Source: an uncultured Fibrobacterota bacterium (GTDB lineage Bacteria > Fibrobacterota > Chitinivibrionia > Chitinivibrionales > FEN-1185). From it: DNA of 64,000 nt. Positions 38,260 through 49,753 of the stretch are shown here, piece by piece. Each line of letters begins with the position of its first letter. Position 1 is the stretch's first letter. The position numbers and the translations under genes were made by a program. The notes below the pieces were generated by a model that was given only the letters and a program-made list of their open reading frames with translations, had not been told where the DNA came from and ran no database searches. The DNA is taken from assembly GCA_963753345.1 (NCBI GenBank), contig CAVWBU010000032.1, positions 128,001 to 192,000 on the forward strand. The letters are read 5' to 3'.

Positions 38260-39749
38260 TTCGTACCGGGAAAACCGCTGCGACAATTCTTGTCTTGGGT
38301 CTGGTTGCTATCGGTCTTTCGGGCTCGTTTATCTCGTGTCAGAAATCCCAGCACGCAGCGCAGGCATCTAGCCAGAAAGTGATTTACCATTGCCCCATGC
38401 ATCCGAATTACCTTTCGGACAAACCGGGGACTTGTCCCATATGCGGAATGAAACTCGTACCTGCCGGAGGCGTCCCTGCGTCCGGCCAACCGGGAAGTGC
38501 TGCAATCACAAAGGAACGCAAGGTTCTTTATTATCGCGATGCCATGAATCCCTCGCACACCTCGGAAAAGCCGGGCAAGGCGCCTGACGGGATGGACATG
38601 GTGCCGGTATATACGGACGAGGCCGGGGGTGAAGCCGGAGAGGTGAAAATCGACCCCACAACCGTTCAGAACATGGGGGTGACGACAGAAACCGTAACGC
38701 TGCGCGACCTCAAGAAAGAGATCCGCCTTTCCGGGATCATCGACATAAACGAAACGGCGATCAGCGTCGTCAATACCAAGATCATGGGATGGGTCGAAAA
38801 GCTCTTTATCGATTACACAGGCCAGGCGGTCAGAAAGGGGCAGCCGCTCCTCACCATTTACAGCCCCGACCTTGTGAGCGCACAGGAGGAATACCTGCAG
38901 GCCATTCGTTATCTCAAGGGTCTTCCCGAAGGGATTTCTTCCGACGCGCGGCGCGGCGCAGAGCAGCTTGTCGAAAGCGGTAGGCGAAGGCTTCTAAACT
39001 GGGACATTCCGGAAAAGGCCGTTTCCGCGCTCGAGGCGCGCAACGCTCCGGAAAAGGCCATGACCATCTATTCACCGTCGGACGGCGTTGTATTGGAGAA
39101 AATGGTCGCGGCCGGACAGAATGTTATGCCCGGCATGGCGCTTTACAAGGTGGTGAACATTTCGGTGGTCTGGGGCGTTGCCAACGTGTACCAGGAGGAC
39201 CTGCCTTATGTCAAGCTCGGAACCGAAGCGACGGTGGAAGTGCCGTCCATCGCCGGAAGGACATTCCGCGGGAAGGTCCAGTTTGTGTCGCCGGTTCTCG
39301 ACCCGTCCACCAAAACCGCGGCGGTCCGCATCGCCCTCCGCAACACCGCTGACCTGCTGCTCAAACCGCAGATGTTTGCGAACGTAGCCATTCAGTCGCC
39401 GCTTTCGCGCAACGCGCTTTCCGTTTCGCAGCAGGCGGTCATTCACACCGGTACCCGGAACATCGTGATTGTTTCGCTGGGCAACGGCTATTTCAAGCCG
39501 CAGGAAGTAAAGCTTGGCATGAGCGCCAATGGGTTTGTGCAGGTCCTCGACGGCCTTGCGGAAGGGCAAACAATCGTCACCTCCTCGCAATTTCTCATCG
39601 ACTCCGAGAGCAACCTGAAGAAGGCGGTGAGCCAAATGGGCGGAATGGAAATGCCGATGCCTTCGCCGGAGCAGCAGCAAGACACCTCAAAACAGGAAAA
39701 GCGGCAGTCGCAGAAGGATCGTCAACAAATGAACATGCCGGGAATGTAA
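38256..39749 (+). CDS. cusB: CusB-like RND periplasmic adaptor with heavy-metal-binding domains
   Basis: YHCPMHP..GTCPICGMKL, YYRDAM.P..PGK.PDGMD, YSPDL..AQEEY, FLIDSES. Confidence 0.88.
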   Translation: MIRTGKTAATILVLGLVAIGLSGSFISCQKSQHAAQASSQKVIYHCPMHPNYLSDKPGTCPICGMKLVPAGGVPASGQPGSAAITKERKVLYYRDAMNPSHTSEKPGKAPDGMDMVPVYTDEAGGEAGEVKIDPTTVQNMGVTTETVTLRDLKKEIRLSGIIDINETAISVVNTKIMGWVEKLFIDYTGQAVRKGQPLLTIYSPDLVSAQEEYLQAIRYLKGLPEGISSDARRGAEQLVESGRRRLLNWDIPEKAVSALEARNAPEKAMTIYSPSDGVVLEKMVAAGQNVMPGMALYKVVNISVVWGVANVYQEDLPYVKLGTEATVEVPSIAGRTFRGKVQFVSPVLDPSTKTAAVRIALRNTADLLLKPQMFANVAIQSPLSRNALSVSQQAVIHTGTRNIVIVSLGNGYFKPQEVKLGMSANGFVQVLDGLAEGQTIVTSSQFLIDSESNLKKAVSQMGGMEMPMPSPEQQQDTSKQEKRQSQKDRQQMNMPGM

Positions 39750-39770
39750 AAACCATTAGGCGGGAAACCC

Positions 39771-42700
39771 ATGCTCGAAAAACTCATTGAATGGTCGATT
39801 AAGAACAAGTTTCTGGTGATCATGCTCACCATCTTCGCGATCGGCGCCGGCGTTTGGGCGATTGTTACAACGCCGGTTGACGCGATCCCGGACTTGAGCG
39901 ACGTGCAGGTGATCGTCTATACCGAGTACGAGGGACAATCGCCGCGCATCGTTGAAGACCAGGTGACCTATCCGCTCACCACGTCTTTGCTGTCGGTTCC
40001 CGGTGCACGAGTAGTGCGAGGGTATTCGTTTTTCGGCTATTCGCTTGTCTACGTCATCTTCAAGGACGGCACCGACATCTACTGGGCGCGCAGCCGCGTG
40101 CTTGAGTACCTGAACTATGCCCAGAAACGTTTGCCCGCGGGAGTATTGCCCACGCTCGGGCCGGACGCCACCGGCGTGGGTTGGGTGTACGAGTATGCCT
40201 TGACCTCGCCATACACGATCGCTGCAGGAGCTGCGCTCGCTCCAGGACTGGTACCTGAAATATGGATTGTCAAGCATCGAGGGCGTCGCCGAGGTGGCGA
40301 GCATCGGCGGCTATGTCAAGCAGTACCAGGTGACCGTGGACCCGTCGAAGCTGCAGGCGTACGGCATTCCGGTCGGCGACATCGAGATGGCGATAAAGAA
40401 CGCCAACAGCGACGTGGGCGGCGAGGTGATCGAAATGGCCGAAATGGAGTTCATGATCCGCGGTCTCGGATATATAAAATCCATCGACGACATCAAAAAC
40501 ATCCCGGTCAAGACCGACATGCAGCGCGGCGTCGCCGTGCGCATCGGCGACATCGCCGATGTGGCCATCGGGCCCGAGATGCGGCGGGGGCTGGCCGATC
40601 TTGACGGAAAGGGAGAGGTCGCGGGCGGCATCGTGGTCATGCGGTTCGGCGAAAACGCCCAGAAGGTCATCAAGGCCGTGGAGAAGAAGCTCGAGGTGCT
40701 CAAAGCCGGGCATGCCGCCGGACGTGCAGATCGTGCCGACCTACAACCGCTCGGCGCTCATCGAGCGCGCCATCGCAAATCTGCGCGACAAGCTCTTCGA
40801 GGAAATCCTCATTGTCGCGCTCGTGTGCGCATTCTTCCTCTTTCACGCGAGAAGCGCGTTCGTGGCGGTATTTACCTTGCCCACGGCGATACTCATGGCC
40901 TTTGTTGTCATGCGGATGCAGGGACTCAATGCGAACATCATGTCGCTCGGCGGCATCGCGATCGCCATCGGCGCCATGGTGGACGCGGCAATCATCATGA
41001 TCGAAAACGCGCACAAGCACATCGAGGCCGAAAACGCGAAGCCGCCAGAGGAGCGGCTGCCGCATTGGCAGGTAATACTGCAGGCATCGAAGGAGGTGGG
41101 GCCGCCGCTGTTCTGGTCGCTCCTGGTGATCACGGTCTCGTTTATCCCGATCTTTACGCTCGAGGCGCAGGAAGGCCGGCTGTTCAAGCCGCTTGCCTTT
41201 ACAAAAACGTATTCCATGGCTGCGGCGGCGATACTTGCCGTCACCATCGTGCCGGTGCTCATGGGGTATTTTCGTGCGCGGAAAAATACGGCCCGAGCAC
41301 GCAACCCGCTCAACCGGTTTCTCATTTCGCTCTATCATCCGGTGGTCAAATTTGTGGTGCGGTATCCGAAATGGGTCATCGCGGCCGCAGTTGTCATCAT
41401 CGCCGTAAGCGTGGTTCCCTTCCTTAAACTCGGCTCCGAATTCATGCCGCCGCTTTACGAAGGCGATCTGCTCTACATGCCCACGACCCTTCCCGGCGTT
41501 TCCGATAACCAAGGCAAAAGAGATCCTGCAGCAGACCGACAAGATCATCGCGTCGTTTCCCGAAGTCAAACGCGTGTTCGGCAAGGCGGGCCGGGCCGAG
41601 ACCGCCACCGACCCGGCGGGCCTTGACATGCTGGAAACCATCATCATGCTCAAGCCCGAAAAAGAGTGGCCCAAAGGCATGACGCACGAAAAACTCGTGC
41701 AGCAGCTTGACGAGGCGATAAAATTTCCCGGCCTCACCAACGCCTGGACCATGCCGATCAAGACCCGCACCGACATGCTCTCCACCGGCATCAAGACCCC
41801 GGTCGGCATAAAAATCTCCGGGGCGAACCTTGACACGCTGGAAATGCTCGGCAAGGAGGTGGAGACCGCGGTGCGCGCGGTGCCGTACACGACCTCGGCG
41901 TTCGCCGAACGCGCCGTGGGCGGCAATTACCTCGATATCAAGATCGACCGGGTCAAGGCCGGACGCTACGGCCTTAACATTGGCGACATTCAGTCGGTCA
42001 TCTCAGACCGCGCTCGGCGGCATGAGCATCACCACCACCGTGGAAGGTCTGGAGCGGTATACGGTCAACCTTCGCTACAGCCGGGAACTGCGCGACAATA
42101 TCGAGGCGCTCAAGCGAGTGCTCGTCACCGGCAAGGGCGGCGGCGGTCAGCCGCCAGGCATGGGCGGCCAGCAATCCGCAATGGGCGGTCTGCAGGTGCC
42201 GCTCGGCCAGGTGGCGGACTTCGAAATCAACAAGGGGCCCATGGTCATCCGGAGCGAAGACAGCCGGCCCAACGCCTGGGTGTTTGTTGACATGCGGGGG
42301 ACCGACATGGGCAGCTACATTCGTCAAGCCCAGAAGGCGGTGGCTGCAAAGGTGAAGCTTCCCACGGGCTACAGCATCATCTGGAGCGGCGAATACGAAT
42401 TCATGCAGCGCAGCCAGAAGCGGCTTATGGTGGTCATTCCCATGACGCTGTTCATCATATTCATCATTCTATTCCTGAATACGAAGTCGCTTGTCAAAAC
42501 GGCAATCATCCTTCTGGCCGTTCCGTTTTCCCTTGTCGGCACCGTTTGGTTTTTGTATCTCCTCGGCTACAACATGAGCCTGGCCGTATGGGTGGGAATC
42601 ATCGCGCTTGCGGGGCTGACGCCGAGACCGGGGTGGTCATGCTCCTGTATCTCGATCAGGCATATGAGGACGCGAAAAAAATGGGCGCTGTGACGATATC

Positions 42701-42938
42701 CCGTCTCAAGGAGGCCATCGACCACGGCGCGGTGCGACGCGTGCGGCCGAAGATCATGACGGCGTCGGTGATCATCGCCGGTTTACTTCCGATCATGTGG
42801 AGCAACGGCACCGGCTCCGACGTGATGAAGCGGATCGCGGCGCCCATGGTGGGCGGCGTCATAACGTCGGTGCTGATGGAACTGCTGGTGTATCCGGCGA
42901 TTTATTTCCTGTGGAGAAAGCGGGGAATACGAAGCTAA
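39771..42938 (+). pseudogene. cusA: CusA/SilA heavy-metal RND efflux pump, full length but broken by about 7 frameshifts (sequence error or decay)
   Basis: Consecutive CusA segments ([57 protein letters not shown]) in alternating frames; shifts near 40211, 40709, 41270, 41301, 41502, 42003, 42617. Confidence 0.85.
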
Positions 42939-42996
42939 GAAGAAATCATATCAATGGGGTCATCGTATGGACGACAATTTCGATTTCGATACACTC

Positions 42997-43028
42997 CCGT
43001 TCGTGGTGAGCTTGTCGAACCATGAACG
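42997..43028. repeat. REP-like hairpin (GAGCTTGTCGAA type)
   Basis: CGTTCGTGG-tgagcttgtcgaa-CCATGAACG. Confidence 0.5.
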
Positions 43029-43114
43029 CGAACGGGTGTCGCCTTTCAATGACCGGACTAAGAAACATGCACAGAAAAAGGGGTGCAATTAGACATTCAC
43101 AAAGAGGAGGTTGT

Positions 43115-43639
43115 ATGCGTTTCATGAAGATGTGGTCGGCTATCATTCCGGCGGCGGGCCTTGTTGCGATGCTGGCGGCAACCGGCTCCATGGGGCAGGC
43201 AATGCAAGGCATGACGGGCGATACGGCAAAGACGGCGGCCCATGCAAAAAAGCTTAAGCCCCAGGCAACCTGCCCGGTCACCGGAGACCCGATTAACAAA
43301 AAGCTATACGTTGACCATAAGGGAAAAAGGATTTACGTCTGCTGTCCCATGTGCATCGACTCGGTGAAAAAGGACCCGGAAAAATATGTCAAAAAGCTTG
43401 AAAGCATGGGGCAAGGGGTTGAAACGATCAGCGCCAAAACGTTGAAGGAAAGCAAAAGCGCGAAAGCGGACACGTCAACCGCCGCTGAAGCAGGCTACTG
43501 GACATGCCCCATGCACCCGGAAATCCACAAGTCCGCGCCGGGACAATGCCCGATTTGCGGAATGAACCTGGAGTATAAAAAGGTCGCCAAAGACGCACCG
43601 AAAGCAAAGAGTACGGAAATGAAAGACATGAAGATGTAA
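43115..43639 (+). CDS. Exported YHS + heavy-metal-binding domain protein
   Basis: RBS GAGGAGG; CPVTG..YVDHKGKRIYVCC..C; WTCPMHP...PGQCPICGM. Confidence 0.85.
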   Translation: MRFMKMWSAIIPAAGLVAMLAATGSMGQAMQGMTGDTAKTAAHAKKLKPQATCPVTGDPINKKLYVDHKGKRIYVCCPMCIDSVKKDPEKYVKKLESMGQGVETISAKTLKESKSAKADTSTAAEAGYWTCPMHPEIHKSAPGQCPICGMNLEYKKVAKDAPKAKSTEMKDMKM

Positions 43640-43717
43640 TCAAGGAATGACCAAATGAAATCCTTGAACACGGGATTGTATGACAACAATTTCTTTTGCC
43701 TTCGGTGACTTGCTCAT

Positions 43718-46038
43718 ATGCAAAAAGTTGTGACAACTTCGCTTCCAGCTTCTTCCGTCGACCCAGTCTGCGGAATGACCGAGACGCCGCAATGGACGCG
43801 ATCGTACGTTTACAAAGGCGTCACGTACCGATTCTGCTCAGAAGGATGCCTCGTTAAATTCAAGAATGATCCCGAGCGCTATTTGAATCCGGTCAAGCAA
43901 CCTGAGCCTCCGAGCTCCGACGCGCTGGCACATTTTACCTCTGCCCTATGGACCCCGAAGTACGGTCTCCTAAACCCGGCGCTTGTCCCAAATGCGGCAT
44001 GGCGCTGGAACCGGAAACGATATCGGTTACAAATGAGAAAAATCCCGAGCTTATCGACATGACCCGCAGGTTCTGGATAAGCCTTGCCCTTTCCGCGCCG
44101 CTGGTGAGCGTAGCCATGCTGCACATGGCGCCGGGTTTCTTTCCGCATTCCTTGACAAACGCCGCGCAATGGCTGGAGCTTGCGCTGGCGACGCCGGTGG
44201 TGCTCTGGGCCGGATGGCCGTTTTTCGTGCGGGCCAAGAACTCGCTTGTCAACAGAAGCCCCAACATGTTCACGCTCATCGGCTTCGGCGTGGCGGTTTC
44301 TTATTTGTACAGCGTCATTGCGACGCTGCTGCCCGGCCTGTTCCCAGCCGCCTTCCGGAGCAGCCACGGCGCTGTTGCCGTGTATTTCGAAGCGAGCGCC
44401 ACCATTGTCACGCTTGTTCTGCTCGGTCAGGTGCTGGAGCTTCGCGCCCGGCAAAGAACCGGCGACGCGATCCGGGCGCTCCTGTCGCTCGCGCCAAAAA
44501 CCGCCGTTAAGCTTTCGGCCGGCGGCGTCGAGGAGACCGTGCCCATTGACAGAATACTACCAGGCGATACTCTGCGAGTACGGCCGGGCGAGAAAATCCC
44601 GGTTGACGGCGTGGTAATCGATGGCGTTACATCCGTTGACGAGTCTATGATGACAGGAGAGCCCCTGCCCGTTCAAAAAGCCCCGGGAGACCCGGTAATC
44701 GGCGCTACGGTGAATGCAAGCGGGTCCGTGATCATGAAGGCAAAGGCCGTGGGCGGCCAAACGCTCCTCGCGCAGATCGTTGCCATGGTGGCCGCGGCGC
44801 AGCGGAGCCGTCCGCCCATCCAGAAACTGGCCGACCGGGTCGCGTCGTATTTCGTTCCCGCCGTGGCGGCCGCGTCGGTGCTGACGTTTGCCGCATGGGC
44901 GCTTTTCGGTCCGCCGCCGGCTATGGCATATGCATTGGTAAACGCAGTCGCCGTGCTCATCATCGCATGCCCCTGCGCCCTGGGGCTTGCCACGCCCATG
45001 TCGATCATGGTCGTCATGGGCAGGGCCGCCGGAGCGGGCGTGCTGTTCCGGGACGCGGCGGCCGTGGAAGTGCTGGGAAAGGTCGACACGCTTGTCATTG
45101 ACAAGACGGGAACCTTGACGCGGGGGAAGCCGGAGGTAACCATGGTGCTGGCGGCGCCGGGCTTTTTCGAAAACGACGTGCTGGGGATGGCCGCCGGGCT
45201 TGAGAAGAAAAGCGAGCATCCGTGGGCCGCCGCGATCACGCAGGCCGCTGCATCGCGCGGCATGGCCCTGATCGAAGCGACAACCTTTGTTTCGACCACC
45301 GGACGCGGCGTGAGCGGAACGGTGCAGGGGCGAATTGTGACATTGGGGAATCGCGCCTTTCTGGAGGGCGCGTCCGCATTCCCGCCGGAACTGCTTGCAA
45401 AGGCCGAGTCTGCGGCCGCGGAAGCGAAAGGCGTGACGTACGTTGCGGTCGACGGCAGGGCCGCGGGCCTGATCGTGGTGTCGGACACGATCAAGGACTC
45501 GGCGCAGCGTGCGGTGCGGGAGCTTCACAAAGAGGGATTGCGCATCGTGATGCTTACCGGAGACAGCGCCGCAAGCGCACGGGCGGTCGCCGGCGCGCTC
45601 GGCATCGACGAGGTGATCGCCGAAGTGCTTCCCGGCCAGAAAGCCGAGGCGGTGAGGCGGCTTCAGGACGAAGGCCGGATCGTTGCCATGGCAGGCGACG
45701 GCATCAACGACGCACCTGCTCTCGCGCAGGCGCACGTGGGCATCGCCATGGGAACCGGCACCGACACGGCCATGGAGAGCGCGGGCGTGACGCTGGTCAA
45801 AGGCGAGCTCATCGCGATTGTCCGGGCCCGGCGCCTGAGCCGCGCCGCCATGAGAAACATCAGACAGAACCTTGGGTTCGCGTTTGTCTATAATTCGCTG
45901 GGCATTCCCCTGGCCGCGGGCGCGCTGTATCCGCTGTTCGGGATTCTTCTGAGCCCCATGATTGCCGCCGCGGCCATGAGCTTTTCGTCGGTCTCGGTGA
46001 TTTCAAATGCGTTACGGTTGAGGAAGGTAAAGTTGTGA
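43718..46038 (+). CDS. copA: Cu(I)-translocating P1B ATPase with N-terminal YHS domain (one frameshift near 43940)
   Basis: DPVCGM..YRFCS; CPMDPE; TGE, CPCALG, DKTGT, GDGIND, YN, MSFSS. Confidence 0.9.
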
Positions 46039-46189
46039 AGGGGATGTAAGAATAATAACCTGAGAGACAGGGAGGACACGGAGAAAGAAAAGGCAGGTGG
46101 TTTACGGTTGATTGAGGAGTTGAGAAGAAAAAAGCGTTGAAAAGCAGAAAATGCAAAGAACAGGTTTGGCTGATTATTGCGGCTGCCGA

Positions 46190-46403
46190 TTGGCGCGAAA
46201 CAGAGTAATTGACTAAATAGAATTCTGCTGCCGCGCGTTAGGGGCGACCGGAAGTCCCGCTAGAGTGGGATGCCGCCCGGACCCGGCCGCGTACCCGCGG
46301 CATTGGGCCGTGGCGGCCCGAGGGCTTGCCCGAGACTGGAGGGAGAACCGCCCCCAGTGTAGAGACGCCACACCGTGGCGTCTCTACACTGGGGGAACGC
46401 CCA
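46190..46403 (+). repeat. Structured repeat family B, copy B6
   Basis: Near-identical to B3 except a swapped first hairpin (GTCCCGC-TAGA-GTGGGAT vs GCCGCTC-TGGA-GAGCGGT). Confidence 0.9.
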
Positions 46404-46421
46404 GATCTTTTTCTTATTTCC

Positions 46422-47873
46422 TTAGAACGTCCCGTCAAGCACCTCCGGGTCCAGAAGCTTTCCAAACGAGAACGTGTAATTGAGCTGGAAATTCGGCGCC
46501 CACGAGGCGACGTCCGATGCGCGCGGGACCAGGATGCCCATGAAATCGATTCCCAGGCATACCACGTTGTGCTGTGCAATAAGCACGGCGATCTTGCCGG
46601 CCGGCGCCATGATGTACGATTCGTTCATCGAGTAATGGTCGCTGCCGCCCGCCTCGGTCACCTCCTCGGACTGCCGGTTCCTCTGCATTCCGGAAACGCC
46701 GATGCCGCCCTTGACAAAGCCGTTGCCGAACACGCCGAGCGCGCTGTACTCGAAGAAGGCGTTCTGCGTGGGGTCCTGGGTGCTCTGGTTGAACGGAATC
46801 GGCCACGAAATCCTTCCCCTGAACCCGGTGTTCGGCTTGCCCGCGCGTATGTTGAAGACCCAGTTGAAGCAATACAGTTCCTTGAAATGCGCGGTCGTGT
46901 TGTCGTAGATCCATATGCCTTGATTCGGGTCATAGAACGGCGCCACAACGTTGGTCTCCTGCGCTGCCTTGTTCTGCATTATGGCAAGGCCTATGCCCGC
47001 GCTGAAATATCTAAATCCCCATTCGTGTTCGAGACTCAGGTAAAGGTCCGGAATTCCTTTTGCCGAACCGGTGAAGACGGTGTCGTTGCCCGCAAGCGGC
47101 ATACCCAGCTTTATCCTCGCCTGTGAGTGCGGCGTGGTGGGATGAACGTAGTAGATCATGGCACCCCAGCGGGACTGGTCGGTGCCGAGCACTCCCACCG
47201 CAACCCTGCCCATGATGCCGACAGCGGGGGCGGTCACCAATCCGCAGTTTGCCGGTTCCTCGGGCCGTTTTTCCGTTTCCGCCTCGCGTACGGGCGCGCC
47301 TTCAACCACGGGGCCGGGTTCGGTGACTGTTTCCTGTGCACGCCTTGGCGCGGAAGCAACGGACCTCGGTGCTTCCGAAGGCGGAAGCACGGCGCCGGCG
47401 ATGTCATCGGCAACGCGGCGCGGGACGTCGGTGTAAAAGTCTTCTATGGCGCCCCGGTACTGGTAGTCGCGGAACAGGAGGCGCCGCTTCTCCTTGACAT
47501 TGTAGAGCGAAAGGGTGAAGGTGAAAAGCGTGCCGATTTTTCCGAGCGAAGCCGATGCCGCAAACGCGGCCTGAGCCTTTTCGCCCGCGGGGATGACGCA
47601 TTCCGCGCTCATGCATTCGCCGCCTGCGTCGGGCCGGGCTTCCTTGAATGCGGCAAGCGTTTTTGCCTTGTCGACCACCTGCAACTGCCCGCTTGCCGCG
47701 CATTTTGCCCTCACGGCATCGGCAATCAGGGAGGCGTCGTCTTCGGTGACGCCCGTGGCCTTTATGGGCAGCAGGCAGACCGACTGCGGGGCTGCGGGAG
47801 AAACCGGGGATTGGGCGAACAGCGGGACGCAGGCAAGAGTAGCCCCGATACAACAACGCAGAAACGGCTGCAT
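46422..47873 (-). CDS. Exported protein: CsgG/TolB-N-like domain + probable C-terminal beta-barrel
   Basis: Signal peptide, ECMSAEC...SLGKIG pattern, aromatic alternating strands. Confidence 0.65.
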   Translation of the reverse strand: MQPFLRCCIGATLACVPLFAQSPVSPAAPQSVCLLPIKATGVTEDDASLIADAVRAKCAASGQLQVVDKAKTLAAFKEARPDAGGECMSAECVIPAGEKAQAAFAASASLGKIGTLFTFTLSLYNVKEKRRLLFRDYQYRGAIEDFYTDVPRRVADDIAGAVLPPSEAPRSVASAPRRAQETVTEPGPVVEGAPVREAETEKRPEEPANCGLVTAPAVGIMGRVAVGVLGTDQSRWGAMIYYVHPTTPHSQARIKLGMPLAGNDTVFTGSAKGIPDLYLSLEHEWGFRYFSAGIGLAIMQNKAAQETNVVAPFYDPNQGIWIYDNTTAHFKELYCFNWVFNIRAGKPNTGFRGRISWPIPFNQSTQDPTQNAFFEYSALGVFGNGFVKGGIGVSGMQRNRQSEEVTEAGGSDHYSMNESYIMAPAGKIAVLIAQHNVVCLGIDFMGILVPRASDVASWAPNFQLNYTFSFGKLLDPEVLDGTF

Positions 47874-48051
47874 GGATTCCTCCTGTGAAAAAAGGGTGCA
47901 TCAGACAATATAAATGTTTCCGGATTGGCAAGCACACTGGTAAAGACCCGCAAGCCGCGCGGAATCGCTCATGAGAAGATGAGGGACAAAGGTGACGGCC
48001 CTGGCCGCTATCGTATATTTTTGATAATCCACCGGGGCGTGGGCCCGGGTC

Positions 48052-48166
48052 AATCCCACAGCGAGCGGATTCCTCGGAGCTTGCTCCGGGGTTAGCGAGC
48101 GATTATGAGTATGTTTTTTTCCATAGGGATGGAAGATTCCTCGCAGCCTGCTGCGGGGTTCTTCAA
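48052..48166 (+). mobile_element. Two-hairpin non-autonomous IS200/IS605-like element (PATE-like), copy P3
   Basis: TTCCTCGGAGC-TT-GCTCCGGGG and TTCCTCGCAGC-CT-GCTGCGGGG hairpins, ends TTCAA; no ORF. Confidence 0.55.
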
Positions 48167-48193
48167 TGCCATTGCACCGCACAGGAGGAACCA

Positions 48194-49021
48194 GTGTCGT
48201 ATCCGGAATTGCGGGAACTTGTCGGAGGCTATTCCACGCCCTTTCTTCTGGAACAGTATGTTCACATGCGCGAAGAGTACACGGCAGAGGCCATAACAAT
48301 AATGGAGGCCGAACTCGCGCGCCGGAATATCGGGCACGATCAGATAGAGGAGTATTCGAAGAAAGGCGTTCTCGGCGAGCTTGGGGACCAGGGCAACGTT
48401 ACCATCCGCCACCTGAAGCGTGACGATTTTGTCAAGCTCGAAGGGTCCTTTTCCCGTGCCGACGCGGTGCTTGTCCGCGCCATGTTCGGCGACGAGAACG
48501 TGCCGTTCTTCCTCGACACGAGCGTGCAGCCGAATGCCGTACCCGGCGGCCAGAGCGCGCCGGTCGAGGTCGGCGTATACGTGCACAAGGAGGCCATCGA
48601 AAAGGCGCTCGCGCTCGTGGCCGCGCATTTCGACCTTGCCGACGGCGTGTACAAGGCGCGGCACGCGAGCACGCGGGAGCGGCTCGTTTCATTCAGCTTC
48701 GACGAGATCCAGCAGCAGGAGCTCGATTCTGCCGAGATCACCGGCGTCCATTTTTCGCTGGAGGAAAAAGGCGTTCTTGTCCGCTTCGGCAAGCGCCTCC
48801 TGGAGGAAATTGACGAAATAGAAAGCCGGGACGGCCGCATCGTGTTCCATTTTGACAATGTGGAAGGCCTGCTGTCACAGCTCGGCGGGAAGGAACCGGC
48901 GCTCACCAAGACCCACCTGCTCACCGCACTGGAAATCCTGCAGATTTACGCCAACGACCCCGACTTCGATTCTGCCGCCGAAGGCATCGCCGAGGCGCTG
49001 CTGGGGTTTTTTCTGCAGTAG
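48194..49021 (+). CDS. Hypothetical protein
   Basis: GTG after AGGAGG; host-like codon usage; no recognised family. Confidence 0.75.
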   Translation: MSYPELRELVGGYSTPFLLEQYVHMREEYTAEAITIMEAELARRNIGHDQIEEYSKKGVLGELGDQGNVTIRHLKRDDFVKLEGSFSRADAVLVRAMFGDENVPFFLDTSVQPNAVPGGQSAPVEVGVYVHKEAIEKALALVAAHFDLADGVYKARHASTRERLVSFSFDEIQQQELDSAEITGVHFSLEEKGVLVRFGKRLLEEIDEIESRDGRIVFHFDNVEGLLSQLGGKEPALTKTHLLTALEILQIYANDPDFDSAAEGIAEALLGFFLQ

Positions 49022-49078
49022 GGCGCTAATGGGGGCTAGAGTTAGAGAGATGGAGGAGCTACACAGGAAAGGATCGAA

Positions 49079-49720
49079 ATGGAATTTCGTTCGGCAGAAG
49101 CCATTGAACAACGAATAAGTGAATTGAGCCCGGTCTTTGACCTTGGGGATGGTCCGCTTCTGGAAGAGTACAATTTGCTGGTTTATTTCAGGTTACTCGC
49201 GTATGAGAAGATTATAACCTTTCCCTTCGACGTAAACAAATCAGAGGCTCCAGATTTTGTATGCCAAATTGGCCCAAACACCGTTGGTATAGAAGTTACC
49301 CACAGTGTTGTTAAGAATCATTTCCAGAATCTCAAAAGACATATTCTGGAGCCTGATTCCATTATCGAGATCTGTAGAGACGGGGTCTCTTATTTCCGCT
49401 CGGAAAAGGAGGGCTATTGTTGTCCCCCTGTTTACCATGATGGAGCAGAGACTTTATGGATGGGGTTTATCAGAAAGTCCTTGGAAAAGAAAGTGTCTAA
49501 ATTCCTTTCTCATTACCATCAATTCGAGCGGAATATTCTTCTGATCCGTGATTTCACCAATCTTCCGCTCAAAAACCGTCCTCTTACAGCCCAACAGCTC
49601 CTCATGGAATTCAGCGGCAACCTGTTGGACAAGTTTAATGAAGTTACGATAATTCTTGGTGACAACTGCATGATATTCGATGCATTTGACAAATCAAAAT
49701 TAATTAAGGTTGACCTTTGA
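49079..49720 (+). CDS. Hypothetical protein with PD-(D/E)xK-like nuclease motif
   Basis: E.PDF.......GIEVT; lower GC. Confidence 0.6.
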   Translation: MEFRSAEAIEQRISELSPVFDLGDGPLLEEYNLLVYFRLLAYEKIITFPFDVNKSEAPDFVCQIGPNTVGIEVTHSVVKNHFQNLKRHILEPDSIIEICRDGVSYFRSEKEGYCCPPVYHDGAETLWMGFIRKSLEKKVSKFLSHYHQFERNILLIRDFTNLPLKNRPLTAQQLLMEFSGNLLDKFNEVTIILGDNCMIFDAFDKSKLIKVDL

Positions 49721-49753
49721 TCGGAATATTAGTTTTCTATTGGAGAGCCACAC

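Noticed and set aside
39771-42938. Programmed frameshifting or a naturally split CusA
   Set aside because: Seven shifts of mixed sign without slippery heptamers or internal RBS; error or decay is far simpler.
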